A stretch of 63,940 nt of DNA, filler included, from Kipferlia bialata (Eukaryota), in NCBI GenBank assembly GCA_003568945.1. It is 3 parts of 3 records of this genome, joined end to end, with 100 filler letters (N's around TTAATTAATTAA, not from the genome) between each part and the next. Parts side by side here need not be neighbours in the genome. Positions count along the whole stretch, not along the records: positions 21,499 to 42,786 come from BDIP01000330.1; positions 42,887 to 63,940 come from BDIP01000340.1; 1 more part is not named here. The stretch is one strand, 5' to 3'. The notes under the pieces were generated by a model, which ran no database searches, was not told where the DNA came from, and saw only the letters and a list, made by a program, of their open reading frames with translations. The stretch's first letter is position 1. Each line of letters opens with the position of its first letter. Below are positions 38,801 to 51,655 of this stretch, piece by piece. The position numbers and the translations under genes are program-made.

Positions 38801-41783
38801 GAGACAGCAGGGACACACACCTGGGGTGGGGGGGGGGGGTAGACACCCATCTGGATATATATATGTATATATAGGGTGTGTGTGTAGGCACACCACATGT
38901 GACAACATGGGGTTCTCTGCATAACCCGTTCCCGTCTATAGACACCCCTATCCACCTGATGGATTCCACCCATGTCATCTATATATGAATGAAACCTATG
39001 TAACAATACCATAATTGAATATCCCCCCACTTGTACCTCCTGATCCTGACACATACATACACACACACACACATACATACACACATATATAAACCGGCCG
39101 CAGTGGATAGACCCCCACCTGATGCAGTGGTTGGGCGAGGGCAGGGGGCAGGGCTGGGCCTGTCCATAGAGGCACAGGGGGGTCGGGGTGGAGCACTCCG
39201 AGTCGGCGTACAGTTGCACCAGCCTGAGTATCAGTATCAGTATGTCTGGGCAGAATGACACAGAGATACAGTGACCCACAGTGACCCATGCCACACTACA
39301 AATGCAGGTGTACATATACATATATATACATAGCCAGTGCATACCTTGTCCCGAACCCGTCCCCCGCTCCCGTGTACTCCTGGTACCATGTCTCGGCCTC
39401 CCTCCTATAGGCCTGGGCCTCACTCGCCAGGGACGCCTCGAGAGCAGAGTCAGCTGCAGACACCTGGGGTGAGGGAGATATGGTACTGAGTGTCCTAGAG
39501 ACTAGACAGAGGGCCCAGCGAGCATATGCATATATATGCATATACATAGCCTGCCATACACTACACACCACACTATACATGGCCCACCTCGTCCTGGGTC
39601 TACTGATACTGATCCACTTATATGCATTGATACCTCCTCCTGTGTGCAGTGTCTGATGTTGGGAATGGACAGGGTCAGGTCTACGATGCCGGCCACCGGT
39701 TGCACCGAGTGCTCGGGGGAGAGAGAGACGGATACAGAGGCACGACCTGGGGTCAGGGGGATGCTACTGATCGCACAACCAACGGTACCAACTAGTGATA
39801 CTGATTCTGATACCCCCGTACTGATACATATAATAATATAAATATTATTATATTATATATATATTTTTTATATCCATATGCTGCACCTGCCACCAGGCAC
39901 CGTCCCCAGCATCACTAACAGTATATCAGTATATCAGTATATCAGTATAGAGAGATATACACAGATGTCACCAGTATGTAGAGATATATGACAGCATATT
40001 GCCACCTGATACCAGGCACTGCCTCCAGTTGATACTGGCCGTGCCCACCACCGAGGAGGAGCCTGGGGGTGAGGGGGTGAGGGATACACAATATATATAT
40101 ATATATATATATATATACTCCATACTGTGTCCCCTGGGTGTCCATACCTGCCGTGTCAGCCCTGGTCATGCACAGTCTGAGGGGGGAGTGCATGGTCAGC
40201 AGGGTGTCTGGGGGGAGGGGGCAGTGGATAGGTATCAGACACTGACACTGAGAGGAGGTACCTGTGTCATGGGTCGGCAGGGCCAGACAGTACTGGCCCG
40301 TGAGAGAGGGGCTCATAGAGGCTGGGCAGAACTAGGGTCAGACAATGAGTGAGACAGACAGAGAAGTATACTGATACTGATACTGATACTAGGGTCAGAG
40401 ACAGTCAGAGACTATATGCCTCGGGCCTTGGGACCCACGGGTTCGTCATAGTGTCTATCTATATACTGTTGATTATATTGTATAACACATGTTCTATATG
40501 TGATATCCGCCCCACACCTCAGCCCCCCCCCCCTCCTAACCTGTTCTGGCTATACGTCATATCAGTATCACTCTATACCACCTCTGTCCTGGCCCTGCTG
40601 GAGCCCACACTCATGTGCAGACCCACGACGGCCCCTGCTGCACCGGCATCCTCATCGGCCTGGACATGAGTATACACATGTAGTATATAGGCACATCATA
40701 TATATACACATCATATATATATACATCAGTCAGGGTCAGTACCATGGGTCAGTATTTGTCTCCCATTTCCTCTCTTGATAAACTTGATATATATACTTGA
40801 TATATATACTTGGTTGATACACTTGATTGATTGATTGGACAGAGGCAGGAGAAAAGAGAGAACCACATACCGCAAGCAACAAGTGGGGAGAGAGAGAGAC
40901 CTACTCACCAGGGAATGGAACCCGTGCATAGACACGATGTCCACGACAAGCACAGCACCAGTGCCTATCACATTACAGGCCATGGCCATGTCCATGGGAG
41001 CCAGACTGGGTAGGGGTCCCGGGGCCTTGGAAGAGGCCTTGGGTGGCGAGGGTGCCTGGGGATGCCCTCCTACCGTATCAGCCCGACAGTCCAAGACATC
41101 TCTATCTCTATCCAAGACATTCGGCCTGGCCAGGGGGGGGAGCGTGTCCCCCCTCCCCGTACCTCTCTCTCCCTCCTCCGCCTTGCCTTCCTGTGACCTA
41201 TTGATTGAGGGTTCGACAGGCACTGCCCCCAGTCCTGAGCTGGGGACACCAGAAGCACTCTCGCCCCCACCCCCACCCCCTCTGCCTCCCATGGCAGTGG
41301 CAGTGTCAGCACCCGCAGTCTTCTCCCTCTCCGCCCTCCTCTCCCGCCGCCAGGGCGAGGCCTCACCCCCCTGACACTGATACTGATAACCCCCTCCCTC
41401 GGCACTCAGATTGGCCACCAGCTCATCCACAACCCCACTGGCCTGGGGTAAGAGAGGACACACATCCTGCATCACGGTGTCCGGTGTCAATCCACAGGGA
41501 GTCGAGTACAATAGAACGGAATGATTCATATATACAATACTAGGAATGAAGCGCAAAGACCGGCAAGGCAGTCAAGGGAACATAGCATACTGGGACCACC
41601 AATATTCACTGCACTGCACACAACTCCATGGCATATATATACATATATATAAGAACTAACCTCCATGGCGGCCAGAGCGGCAGATGCCGAAATCCGCTTG
41701 TGCTTGAGGTCTTGATAGACACTCTGCACAGATCCTGAGGCAAGCTTCTCCCTGATCAAGCGGTCCAAACGCTCCTGAGACAT
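35712..41783 (-). CDS. CEP76: Centrosomal protein CEP76-like, multi-exon, apparently complete
   Basis: N-terminus MSQERLDRLIREKL...AALAAME/ASGVVDELVANL; EAQAYRREAETWYQEY; SQHTVLSACCGTPTEHALLL; C-terminus QILEARGDSLGLGLSVLVRPYADRLDAVWVVVAAVY, resembling CEP76 IICCRGDQVRLAVRVRVFTYPESACAVWIMFACKY. Confidence 0.78.
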
Positions 41784-41992
41784 AATACTAATTAACGTGC
41801 ACTGTCGCACTCGGGGCCAGGGCCAATGCACGAAGCAGCGCGACTATCAGAATCCTTGAGTGCGGTGGAAAATCAGCTTGAAGAGTGGCGTGTAACCGCC
41901 GAAAAAAATTTCTTGCACAGGGTGTAGCACGAACCGTTCGGTGGAACCTCTGGCCGACTCTGGCGTCCCTTTCAGTGCTGACTCTTGTTGAT
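41784..41992. promoter_or_regulatory. Probable bidirectional promoter between CEP76-like and ENT genes
   Basis: Only 209 bp between divergent ATGs; CpG-rich and microsatellite-free. Confidence 0.6.
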
Positions 41993-42659
41993 ATGGAACA
42001 GGAAACACCCCAAGCACTCAGCAGCGAGTCTGCCGGGCTCATTGAGTCTGAGTCCAAGGAGGAGCTGGCCGGCAAGACTCTGGCGTACATTGTAAGTCAA
42101 ATGAGTGTAGCATCAGTGTCTTGCGATGACTATTGTATATATATATATCACATATAGCATCCTGGCTTCGGTCGCTAATCCCCCCCCCCTCTCTCTCTCA
42201 TATGCAGTGCTTCATTGTGTTTGGCGCTGCCACGCTGCTCCCCTGGAATGCCTTCATCACGCCCTTTGACTACTGGACGATAGAGTGCCAGTACGGAGAC
42301 AACTTCATGTGCGTGCACATAGGCAGCTTGGTCGTATACATATATATATATATATAGGAGACTGATACGGATACTGATGTCAGCTTGATAGATGCATTCG
42401 CATATTCTGCTATTTCTTATTCGAGAGACTCTCTGTAGGAGAGGAAAGCATACAACTCACAGCTCTGGTCGTTCCTGGGTATAATGAATTAATACTTGTG
42501 TTATCTCTCCTCTCACTACCTCATCCCAGGTTCCTGATGTGCAGTATTAGTATCAGTGTCATGTGCTGAATCATCCCATGCCGCATTGTCTCACTCACCT
42601 ACAGGTTCATGATGTCGTGCATGTACAATGCCCCCTCCGTCCTCATGCTGGTGGTCATG
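41993..42659 (+). CDS. Equilibrative nucleoside transporter (SLC29/ENT family), first 3 exons, 3'-partial
   Basis: MEQETPQ...LAYI/CFIVFGAATLLPWNAFITPFDYW; G.atLLPWN.FIT..DYW is the ENT TM1 signature. Confidence 0.88.
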
Positions 42660-42734
42660 GTATGTCGGCCCCAGTGTCTACAGGGCCATTGGTATATGTA
42701 TTGTATCATGCAATGCCGCCATGTTCCCTTTCTG

Positions 42735-42786
<52 letters not shown>

Positions 42787-42886
42787 NNNNNNNNNNNNNN
42801 NNNNNNNNNNNNNNNNNNNNNNNNNNNNNNTTAATTAATTAANNNNNNNNNNNNNNNNNNNNNNNNNNNNNNNNNNNNNNNNNNNN
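42787..42886. other. Artificial scaffold-concatenation linker N44-TTAATTAATTAA-N44
   Basis: Same 100-bp structure as 21399-21498. Confidence 0.97.
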
Positions 42887-43293
42887 ATATGTACATTATA
42901 TATAGTATGTGTGTATGTATATATATGTATGCATGGCACGTGGACACACTGCCTACGGCGGTGGATAGAGAGCTCTTATTAACGAAGGTACTAACTGCTT
43001 GTAGTATATATATACTACATCTCCATATATATATCCATATATATATAGATATGCATGGCACGTGAACACAAAGAACGACTTCTGTAGACAGGGAGTTGTT
43101 CTTGACTAAGGTACACATCACAATAGTTGCATGTCGGCATCTGAATTTCCTGTTATATCTGGCATGATGATGTAATATTAGTCACTGTATATATCCCCTC
43201 TCACCATCTGCGACTGTCCCTTTGTAATGTTTATTCTACCCTGAATATGGATATTTCACTGTTGTTATTGTTTCCTCCTCACCTTACACGAAG

Positions 43294-46200
43294 CCCTCTG
43301 CCGCTGATCCTGTGGTGGCTGTGGCCCTTGCAGCAGACACCCTGTTTATGGCCAGGTAGGGTGCATTATTTGAAGTGTATTGGCGTTGACTACTATTATT
43401 GTCAATGGTGAAAGAATTATTGGCATTGAGTACCATTCTCTCTGTCTCTCTCATCAATCATCAATTCTAGTATTGTAATTGACGTATATATTGTTGTGTA
43501 TACATGTATTAAACCCTCACCTTAGGAAGACTGGTGTCATTGAGTGCCTCTCCCTGCCCTCCCTAGACCCTTTGGGCACAATGCACAGACAGGACGCAAT
43601 GCCACCCAGGGGCAGTCCAATGATGAGGTATATAGGGCTATTTATACTTATAGAGAGAGAGAGTCAGAGGGATATATGAATATACATTATATAGTGTATG
43701 CACAGACAGGACGCTATGCCACCTATGGGCAGTCCAATGATGAGGTATACATATGTATGTGTATATGTATATAGAGAGAGAGTTGTACTCCCAAGATGAG
43801 GTGCATACATATATATATATACACGGAATTGAATACAGACTGATAGTGTCTGTGATATTTGTATCACATGTCCTCACCCCCAGGGCCAAGCGTCTGGCCG
43901 AGACCCCACCCAGGAGAGAGAACGGAGGCAGACCACCCCTACCCCCTACTAGTGCAGAGACACCCACAGTGAGGGGCAGTACCCATACCCATGCCACACT
44001 AATACCCCCTGGCCCTGAGGGTGTAGCAGGGGGTGAGGGCAGTGTGGGTGAGGCTAGTAGGTGCAGCACGAGGGGAGAGGTGGACATCTCTGGGGTCGTG
44101 GCCTCTCTCTCTGTGTCCAGTGACTTAGGGTGTGTGTCGGTGGTATTGGAGGACGGGACATTGCTGGCGTACAGGTGAGGCTCTTACTATTGTATAACAG
44201 TTGCTATATATATACTATTCATTGTGTGTATAGTGTGACATTCCCTCACCCCCCAGGCGAGATGTGCAGGAGATGGTGCAAGACATAGTGTACTCTTTCC
44301 TGTATAGTATATATATATATTTATATATATATGTATATATATCCTCACCCCAGGCGTGATGTGCAGGAGATGGTGCACCACAAGGATGCAGTCCAGTCCA
44401 TAATGAGGTCCATGGAGACATCGCCAGGTTGATGAATAATATATGTATATCTATATGTATGTGTATATAACCACACAGTCCATCATGAGGTCAATGGAGA
44501 CATCGCCAGGTAGACTTAGTGTCTTTGAATATATTGTTTCTGTTATATATCCTATTGTCAATATAGATATTCTTATTATTATACTACTATTATGTATCTA
44601 TGCCTCACCCTCTAGGCACTGGTAAAGGCAGTCCCGGTGTCTATAAGGGCATGGACGATGCAGATGTGGATGACACCCTGGACATGGCAGATTACAGATG
44701 GGACAGTAGGTATATATATGTAGTNNNNNNNNNNNNNNNNNNNNNNNNNNNNNNNNNNNNNNNNNNNNNNNNNNNNNNNNNNNNNNNNNNNNNNNNNNNN
44801 NNNNNNNNNNNNNNNNNNNNNNNNNNNNNNNNNNNNNNNNNNNNNNNNNNNNNNNNNNNNNNNNNNNNNNNNNNNNNNNNNNNNNNNNNNNNNNNNNNNN
44901 NNNNNNNNNNNNNNNNNNNNNNNNNNNNNNNNNNNNNNNNNNNNNNNNNNNNNNNNNNNNNNNNNNNNNNNNNNNNNNNNNNNNNNNNNNNNNNNNNNNN
45001 NNNNNNNNNNNNNNNNNNNNNNNNNNNNNNNNNNNNNNNNNNNNNNNNNNNNNNNNNNNNNNNNNNNNNNNNNNNNNNNNNNNNNNNNNNNNNNNNNNNN
45101 NNNNNNNNNNNNNNNNNNNNNNNNNNNNNNNNNNNNNNNNNNNNNNNNNNNNNNNNNNNNNNNNNNNNNNNNNNNNNNNNNNNNNNNNNNNNNNNNNNNN
45201 NNNNNNNNNNNNNNNNNNNNNNNNNNNNNNNNNNNNNNNNNNNNNNNNNNNNNNNNNNNNNNNNNNNNNNNNNNNNNNNNNNNNNNNNNNNNNNNNNNNN
45301 NNNNNNNNNNNNNNNNNNNNNNNNNNNNNNNNNNNNNNNNNNNNNNNNNNNNNNNNNNNNNNNNNNNNNNNNNNNNNNNNNNNNNNNNNNNNNNNNNNNN
45401 NNNNNNNNNNNNNNNNNNNNNNNNNNNNNNNNNNNNNNNNNNNNNNNNNNNNNNNNNNNNNNNNNNNNNNNNNNNNNNNNNNNNNNNNNNNNNNNNNNNN
45501 NNNNNNNNNNNNNNNNNNNNNNNNNNNNNNNNNNNNNNNNNNNNNNNNNNNNNNNNNNNNNNNNNNNNNNNNNNNNNNNNNNNNNNNNNNNNNNNNNNNN
45601 NNNNNNNNNNNNNNNNNNNNNNNNNNNNNNNNNNNNNNNNNNNNNNNNNNNNNNNNNNNNNNNNNNNNNNGTATGTATGGTATATATGGTATATATGACC
45701 ATGACACCCTGGACATGGCAGACTACAGATGGGACAGTAGGTACATATATATAGTATAGACACAGATATAATGTAGACAGTATATAAGGTATATATGGTA
45801 TATATGGTATATATGGTATATATGACCTTGATGACACCCTGGACATGGCAGACTACAGATGGGATTGTAGGTGAGTATATACTGTGTAAAATATTAGTAC
45901 TATTTATGACACCTAGTAACTAACCTCTAGGTTTGATGATGTTCCCCCCTGTGTGGGTGTCATGTGGAGCAGGGATGACCCGGCAATGTGTGTCATAGAG
46001 CACACGCACTCATCTAGAGTGGGACTGCTAGGTACACAGTTGTGTACTGTGTCTCTCTTCTTTTATCCCACCGCCTCTCCTCCCGTCTCTCATTCTCTCT
46101 TTTATCTCACTCTCTCTCCCCATCCCACCCCAGGTCCATCCACCCTCCATCTCGACCCCCCCTCGGAGGGTTATGTACCTGTCGGGGTTTATGGACTCAC

Positions 46201-49110
46201 AGCTACTTGCATTAGGTACCTCCTCTCTCCCCCCCCCCTCGCTCTAAATTACACACTGTCTCTCCCATGTACTTCTTTCCTACGTTGCCCTCCATCTCTC
46301 TATCCCCGTACCCTTGGTGTGACGATGCCTCCCGTGACCCACCTGTCTCTATCCCTCTCTCTATCCCCTTATCCTCAGGTGTGACGATGCCTCCCGTGAT
46401 CCCCTAGCCCCCAGACAGGACCACTTGCTAGAGGCATACCCTGCCCTGGTGTCTGAGATAGCAGAGTATCTTGATCAGGTATATACTACTACATATATAT
46501 ATTTATATATACGTATACCTATATTAGTACATCATCTACTGGAGGCATACCCTGCACTAGTCAGTGAGGTTGCAGAGTACTTGGACCATGTATAGACACA
46601 CATACATCTTGTATCTTTTCAACCCTTGGCCCCTCACACCCTGTCACAAGGAGATCAACGCTCTCTGCATTAGTGTATATTGTATATATTTCTCTTATGT
46701 TTATGTTCCTTACTCCAGGCCCCTGACACCCTCTCTGAGGAGCTGTGCATTTCTCTCTCTCTCTCTCTCTCCCCCTCCCACCTTTCTCTGACACCAGGCC
46801 CCTGACACCCTGTCTGAGGAGCAGGGCTTCCTGGTAGGCACTGTACCCGGTCAGGATAGTGACACTGACAAGGATAAGGGGAGAGAGGGAAATGGTAGAC
46901 GCACAGCCAATTCAAGGTATACAATACACTATATTCACACTAATTATGTACATGTACATTATGTATGTATCTAACCCCAGTGTCATAGGGACTGATGGGG
47001 ATGGGTCTCTCTCTGACCATCTGGCCAATGCGATGCTCAGGGCACAGGAGCTAAACAATAAGTGGGTGGATAGTTAGTATATACTGTATATGTATTGTTT
47101 AAGTATATATATATATGTATTGATACCATCTGGCCAATGCGATGCTCAGGGCACAGGAGCTGAACAATAAGTATGTGAATATGGACTTCTGTATATGTAT
47201 AGGTGTGAGAGATACTGCTTCATACAGTGTATTGCTGAGGGTACAGAAGCTCAATAATATGTGAGTTGTAAGTCACCCCCCGCTTATGTATATCAAACAC
47301 ACATTATTGTATGAATGTACCTAACCCTAGGCACCTGTGGCAGTTGGTTGCCAATAAGGCACTTAAGGCAGGGCAGCACAGACACGCCAGAGAGGCCTTC
47401 AGGAGGTTAGTATACATTGAGTGGTTCTTCAGGGTATTAGACACGCTAGAGGCGTTTTGGGGTGTCTATAGCAGGAATCAACCGTATGAATGATTACGTA
47501 CCATACGTACTCTATGATCAACCTGAATGGCCAGAGACATTCCTAACCCTCAGAGCCGGTGACTTCTCCGGCTACTCCTTCTGTGTGTTCCTGACAAGAC
47601 AGGTCAAGGACCAGGACGTGAGGTATGGAGAGGTTAATAGTTTAGTATCTACTCTACTTACTGTATGCATTCGTCTGACTCCCTAGGGAGGCTGAGCTCC
47701 GTGCCCACCTGGGTGACATTGGTCAGGCAGAGGCCACGCTCATAAAGGTATACAGACATATATATACATAGAGGGGGAGGGAGAGAGAGATTATGCATGG
47801 GGTGACATTGGACAGGCAGAGGCCCCGCTGATTAAGGTGGGTATATATAGAGAGTTAGTGTAAGTATATTGGGAGAGAGTAACCGAATACAGGGTAAAAG
47901 GGGTATATGTATATTCTATCAGTCTTAACCCAGGCCGGTAAGAACAATGCCCGTCTGAGGATGCTGGAGAGGTTTGGGAACTGGAGGGCCATCCTGGCTC
48001 ACAAGGTGAGGACTATTACTTCTCTGCATTTCCGCCCTCTCTTTCTTCTGTCTTCCCTATTTTCACTACTAGTATTCATGATATATCCTTCTCTTGCTTC
48101 TTGCCTGTTCTTCTTATCTTCAGGATGCCTCTGAACGTGCATTCACATGGGCCAACCAGGTATGGGATATGTCTGCTATATGTTCTTGAAAGTTATTAGC
48201 GTGTAACTGTCAATGAGGACAGTGCCTACTTGTCCAGACATTTACATCAGTCTCTATAAGAATACGAAATACTACAGTATCATTTATGTATTTTATGCTA
48301 TTTATATACAGTTATGGATATATTCTTAACTGTAAGGAGGCTGGTGCCTACTTCTCTCGACATGGCAAGCACACCCCTGCCCTGAGACACTACACAGCCA
48401 CAGGAGACATATACAGCATAGGTACATCAAGCTAGCTTCTATATTTATTTCCCTGTGTGTGCGCATGTCTCTCTTTCTATCCCATATAACCTGGTTGCAC
48501 CCTTATCTCCCTGTCTGCCTGTCTCTCTCTCTCTCTCTACACCCTTATTATCAGGCTGCACCCTCATCTCTCTGTCTGAGTGGGACCAACTGTCTACACT
48601 GATAGAGGACACTGAGCCACAAGGCAGAGAAGGCCAAAGGGCTATGGTACGGATACCCCACTATTTTATAGAGTATATATCCATCACCACTCATTTCTCC
48701 TATGTAATTTGCATGCCATTAACCCCCCAGGTCCAGTTGGGCGATAAGCTATGCCTGCACGGTGTGTCTAGTCTGGCTGTCAGGGCATATGAGAAGGGGG
48801 GGGAGACACAGAGAGCAGGTGTGCATATACTGTATGTGTATATATATCTATATTTATAGAGTATTTAATGTATACGTATGCATGTTTAACATACCTCACC
48901 CCAGTCTCCTATGCGGTTGCCAACCACTGTTACTCCCTGCTAGGGCCATTGCTCAGGAGGCACCCACAGGTATGTACACATACACATACACTAACAGTAT
49001 CTACCCCTATGTATTACTGGGCTCTGGTGTCCATCTACCCACACTCACCCCCTCAGACTGCTGCCCTGCTGAGGCCTGGTCTACTGGCAAGGGCGGAGGA
49101 GCAGGTATAG

Positions 49111-49157
<47 letters not shown>

Positions 49158-51622
49158 AATGATTAGCCAAGGCGGAGGAACAGGTACATTCTCATATATG
49201 TACATATATATATAGAGAGAGCAAGGGCTGAGGAACAGGTACAGATATTGATGTATATATACATATACTATTAATTACGCCATATATATTGTATATATTA
49301 GTTCCGCGTTTCTTCACATACCTTACCCCAGCTCTCTGCGGTGTGTCCGTAGTCTCTGTTGACACCCCATATGTAATATATTTACATATATATGTGTGTG
49401 CATATATATTTATGTCTAACCCCAGGTCTCTGCTGTCTCCGTTGTCTCTGGTGTTGACACCCACCCCTCTGTACTGGAGGGCATCACACTCATGCACGCC
49501 CTGGGGGCACACGACAGGTAGTGTGTATGTTATATATATGTTATGTATATATATTCTGTATAGTGTATGTACTGGAGGGCATCACACTCATGCACGCACT
49601 GGGGGCACACGACAGGTAGTGTGTATGTTATATATATGTAATGTATATATATTCTGTACAGTGTATGTACTGGAGGGCATCACACTCATGCACACACTGG
49701 GGGCACACGCCAGGTATATACACTATATACAGTTGATAACCATATGTGTGATGCTCCTATATTCTACTTTATAACATTGTCTTACTCCGCAGGATATGCA
49801 CCACTGCGTACCGCTCTGCCATCCGGTGTGGATCCTCTCTCTCCACCCTCACCCCCCTTGCCCTAGGGTTGGGTGACGCCTCTCCCCCCTCCCCCTCCCC
49901 CCGTCGCTCCCCATCCCCACCCCCTCTTCCCCGTGTACCTGGGTCCCAACCCCCCACACCGCGTAACAATAAGAGCAGGAGGGGTAAGAGCAAGGGTAAG
50001 GAGAAGGATAAGGGCAGCAACCCACGAGCCATGGCGCGTAGCACTAGTGTACCCACCCCTGAGCTCTATATAGAGACTGGAGACAGTGACAGCATCAGCC
50101 CCACCCCTACCCCACCTATATCCCCCTCTGATAGAGTGGTGTCATGTTTCGAGAGGTGCCACCAGCTGTTGGTGCTGGCATACACCCATGCACTCCAGAG
50201 GAGGGTGGATACTGAGGAGGGGGATGCTCTATCTGCTGCTATGCAGGAGGGAGAGGTGGACAGGGGGTATGTACCCACAGACACTGTGTTCAGGGCACTC
50301 TTTAGAGTCACACTGGTGGCACAGGCACTTAGATGCATAGAGGTGAGTAGTTTTGTATACTGTATATATTCTGTATATATATATATTACTGTATTATATC
50401 AATAGTATAAGTAATTCTGGTGGCACAGGCACTCAGATGCATAGGGGTGAGTGAATGTACTATACTATATGTATGTGTATTAATGTACTTATATATATGT
50501 GTGTGTATTACTATGTCATACCCATATGGATATTGGTACCCTAGTGGCATAGGCACTCAGATGCATACGGGTGGGTGGTGTGCACATATGCATTTCAAGT
50601 TGTCATATAGTACCGGGATATACAAGTATCTAGACACCTCTCACCCTCAGTCTGGTGACTATGATAGTGCCCTCCAACTATCATGCTCTGTCGTGTTCCC
50701 ATTCGGATTGGCACACGAACCAGAGGTAGGAGTGTACACACTGTATGTGTAAAGGGTATATACAACCTGTCGCCGAGTAGTTCATGATACTCATCTTGTA
50801 TTCTTACTTAATAATGAGTATGCATATACCCACCATAACCCCAGGGTGACATCCTAGACTATGACCATGAGACAGCATTTCTATATTGTATATGTATTGT
50901 ATTGTATTGTATGTGAATATATAATTGTTGTATTGAGTATATATCAATAATATTCTTAACACCAGGGTGACATCCTAGACTATGACCATGAGTCAGCATT
51001 TATATTGTATTGTATGTGTATATATTGAATTGTTTCATTAAGTGAATATAGTTTTTAGTCCTAACCCCAGGGTGACATCCTAGACTATGACCATGGGACA
51101 TACATATCTTACTCTTCCTTCTTTTCTTACTTGCTGGGATCACCTAGATGCATTAGTGCATATACTTGTATTGATGTGTAATACATATATCTAACACCAG
51201 GGTGACATCCTGGACTATGACCATGATACAGACTTATACATTTACTCAGAATACTGAATGTATATATGCAGTATATATTCATGTACTCAGTATGTAGAAA
51301 CACTAGTTATATGTAACCCCAGGGTGACATCCTGGACTATGACCATGAGTCAGACACACCCATCAGTGGCAAGGCATCCCACATGCCAAGCACCAGGTAC
51401 TCGATGCATACATGTGTTGTGTATACTTGTATGTTTATGGCGGACTAGGTATAGTGGTGTGGGGGATGTTCTACGTCGCACTGATCCATTCAATGTCCCA
51501 TACTTTTGAGTATAGAAACACAGATTAATCGATTGGTATGTATGTATCCTGACCCTTTAGACATGGACCATGCCCTGGCCAGACTTGTCATGTCAGACAT
51601 ATACTATATACTATTATACTAT

Positions 51623-51655
<33 letters not shown>

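Noticed and set aside
50837..51350. CRISPR-like array of ~30-bp direct repeats with unique spacers
   Set aside because: The repeat is a splice acceptor plus IFT121 exon start; spacers are long, uneven AT-rich intron; no cas genes; eukaryotic context.
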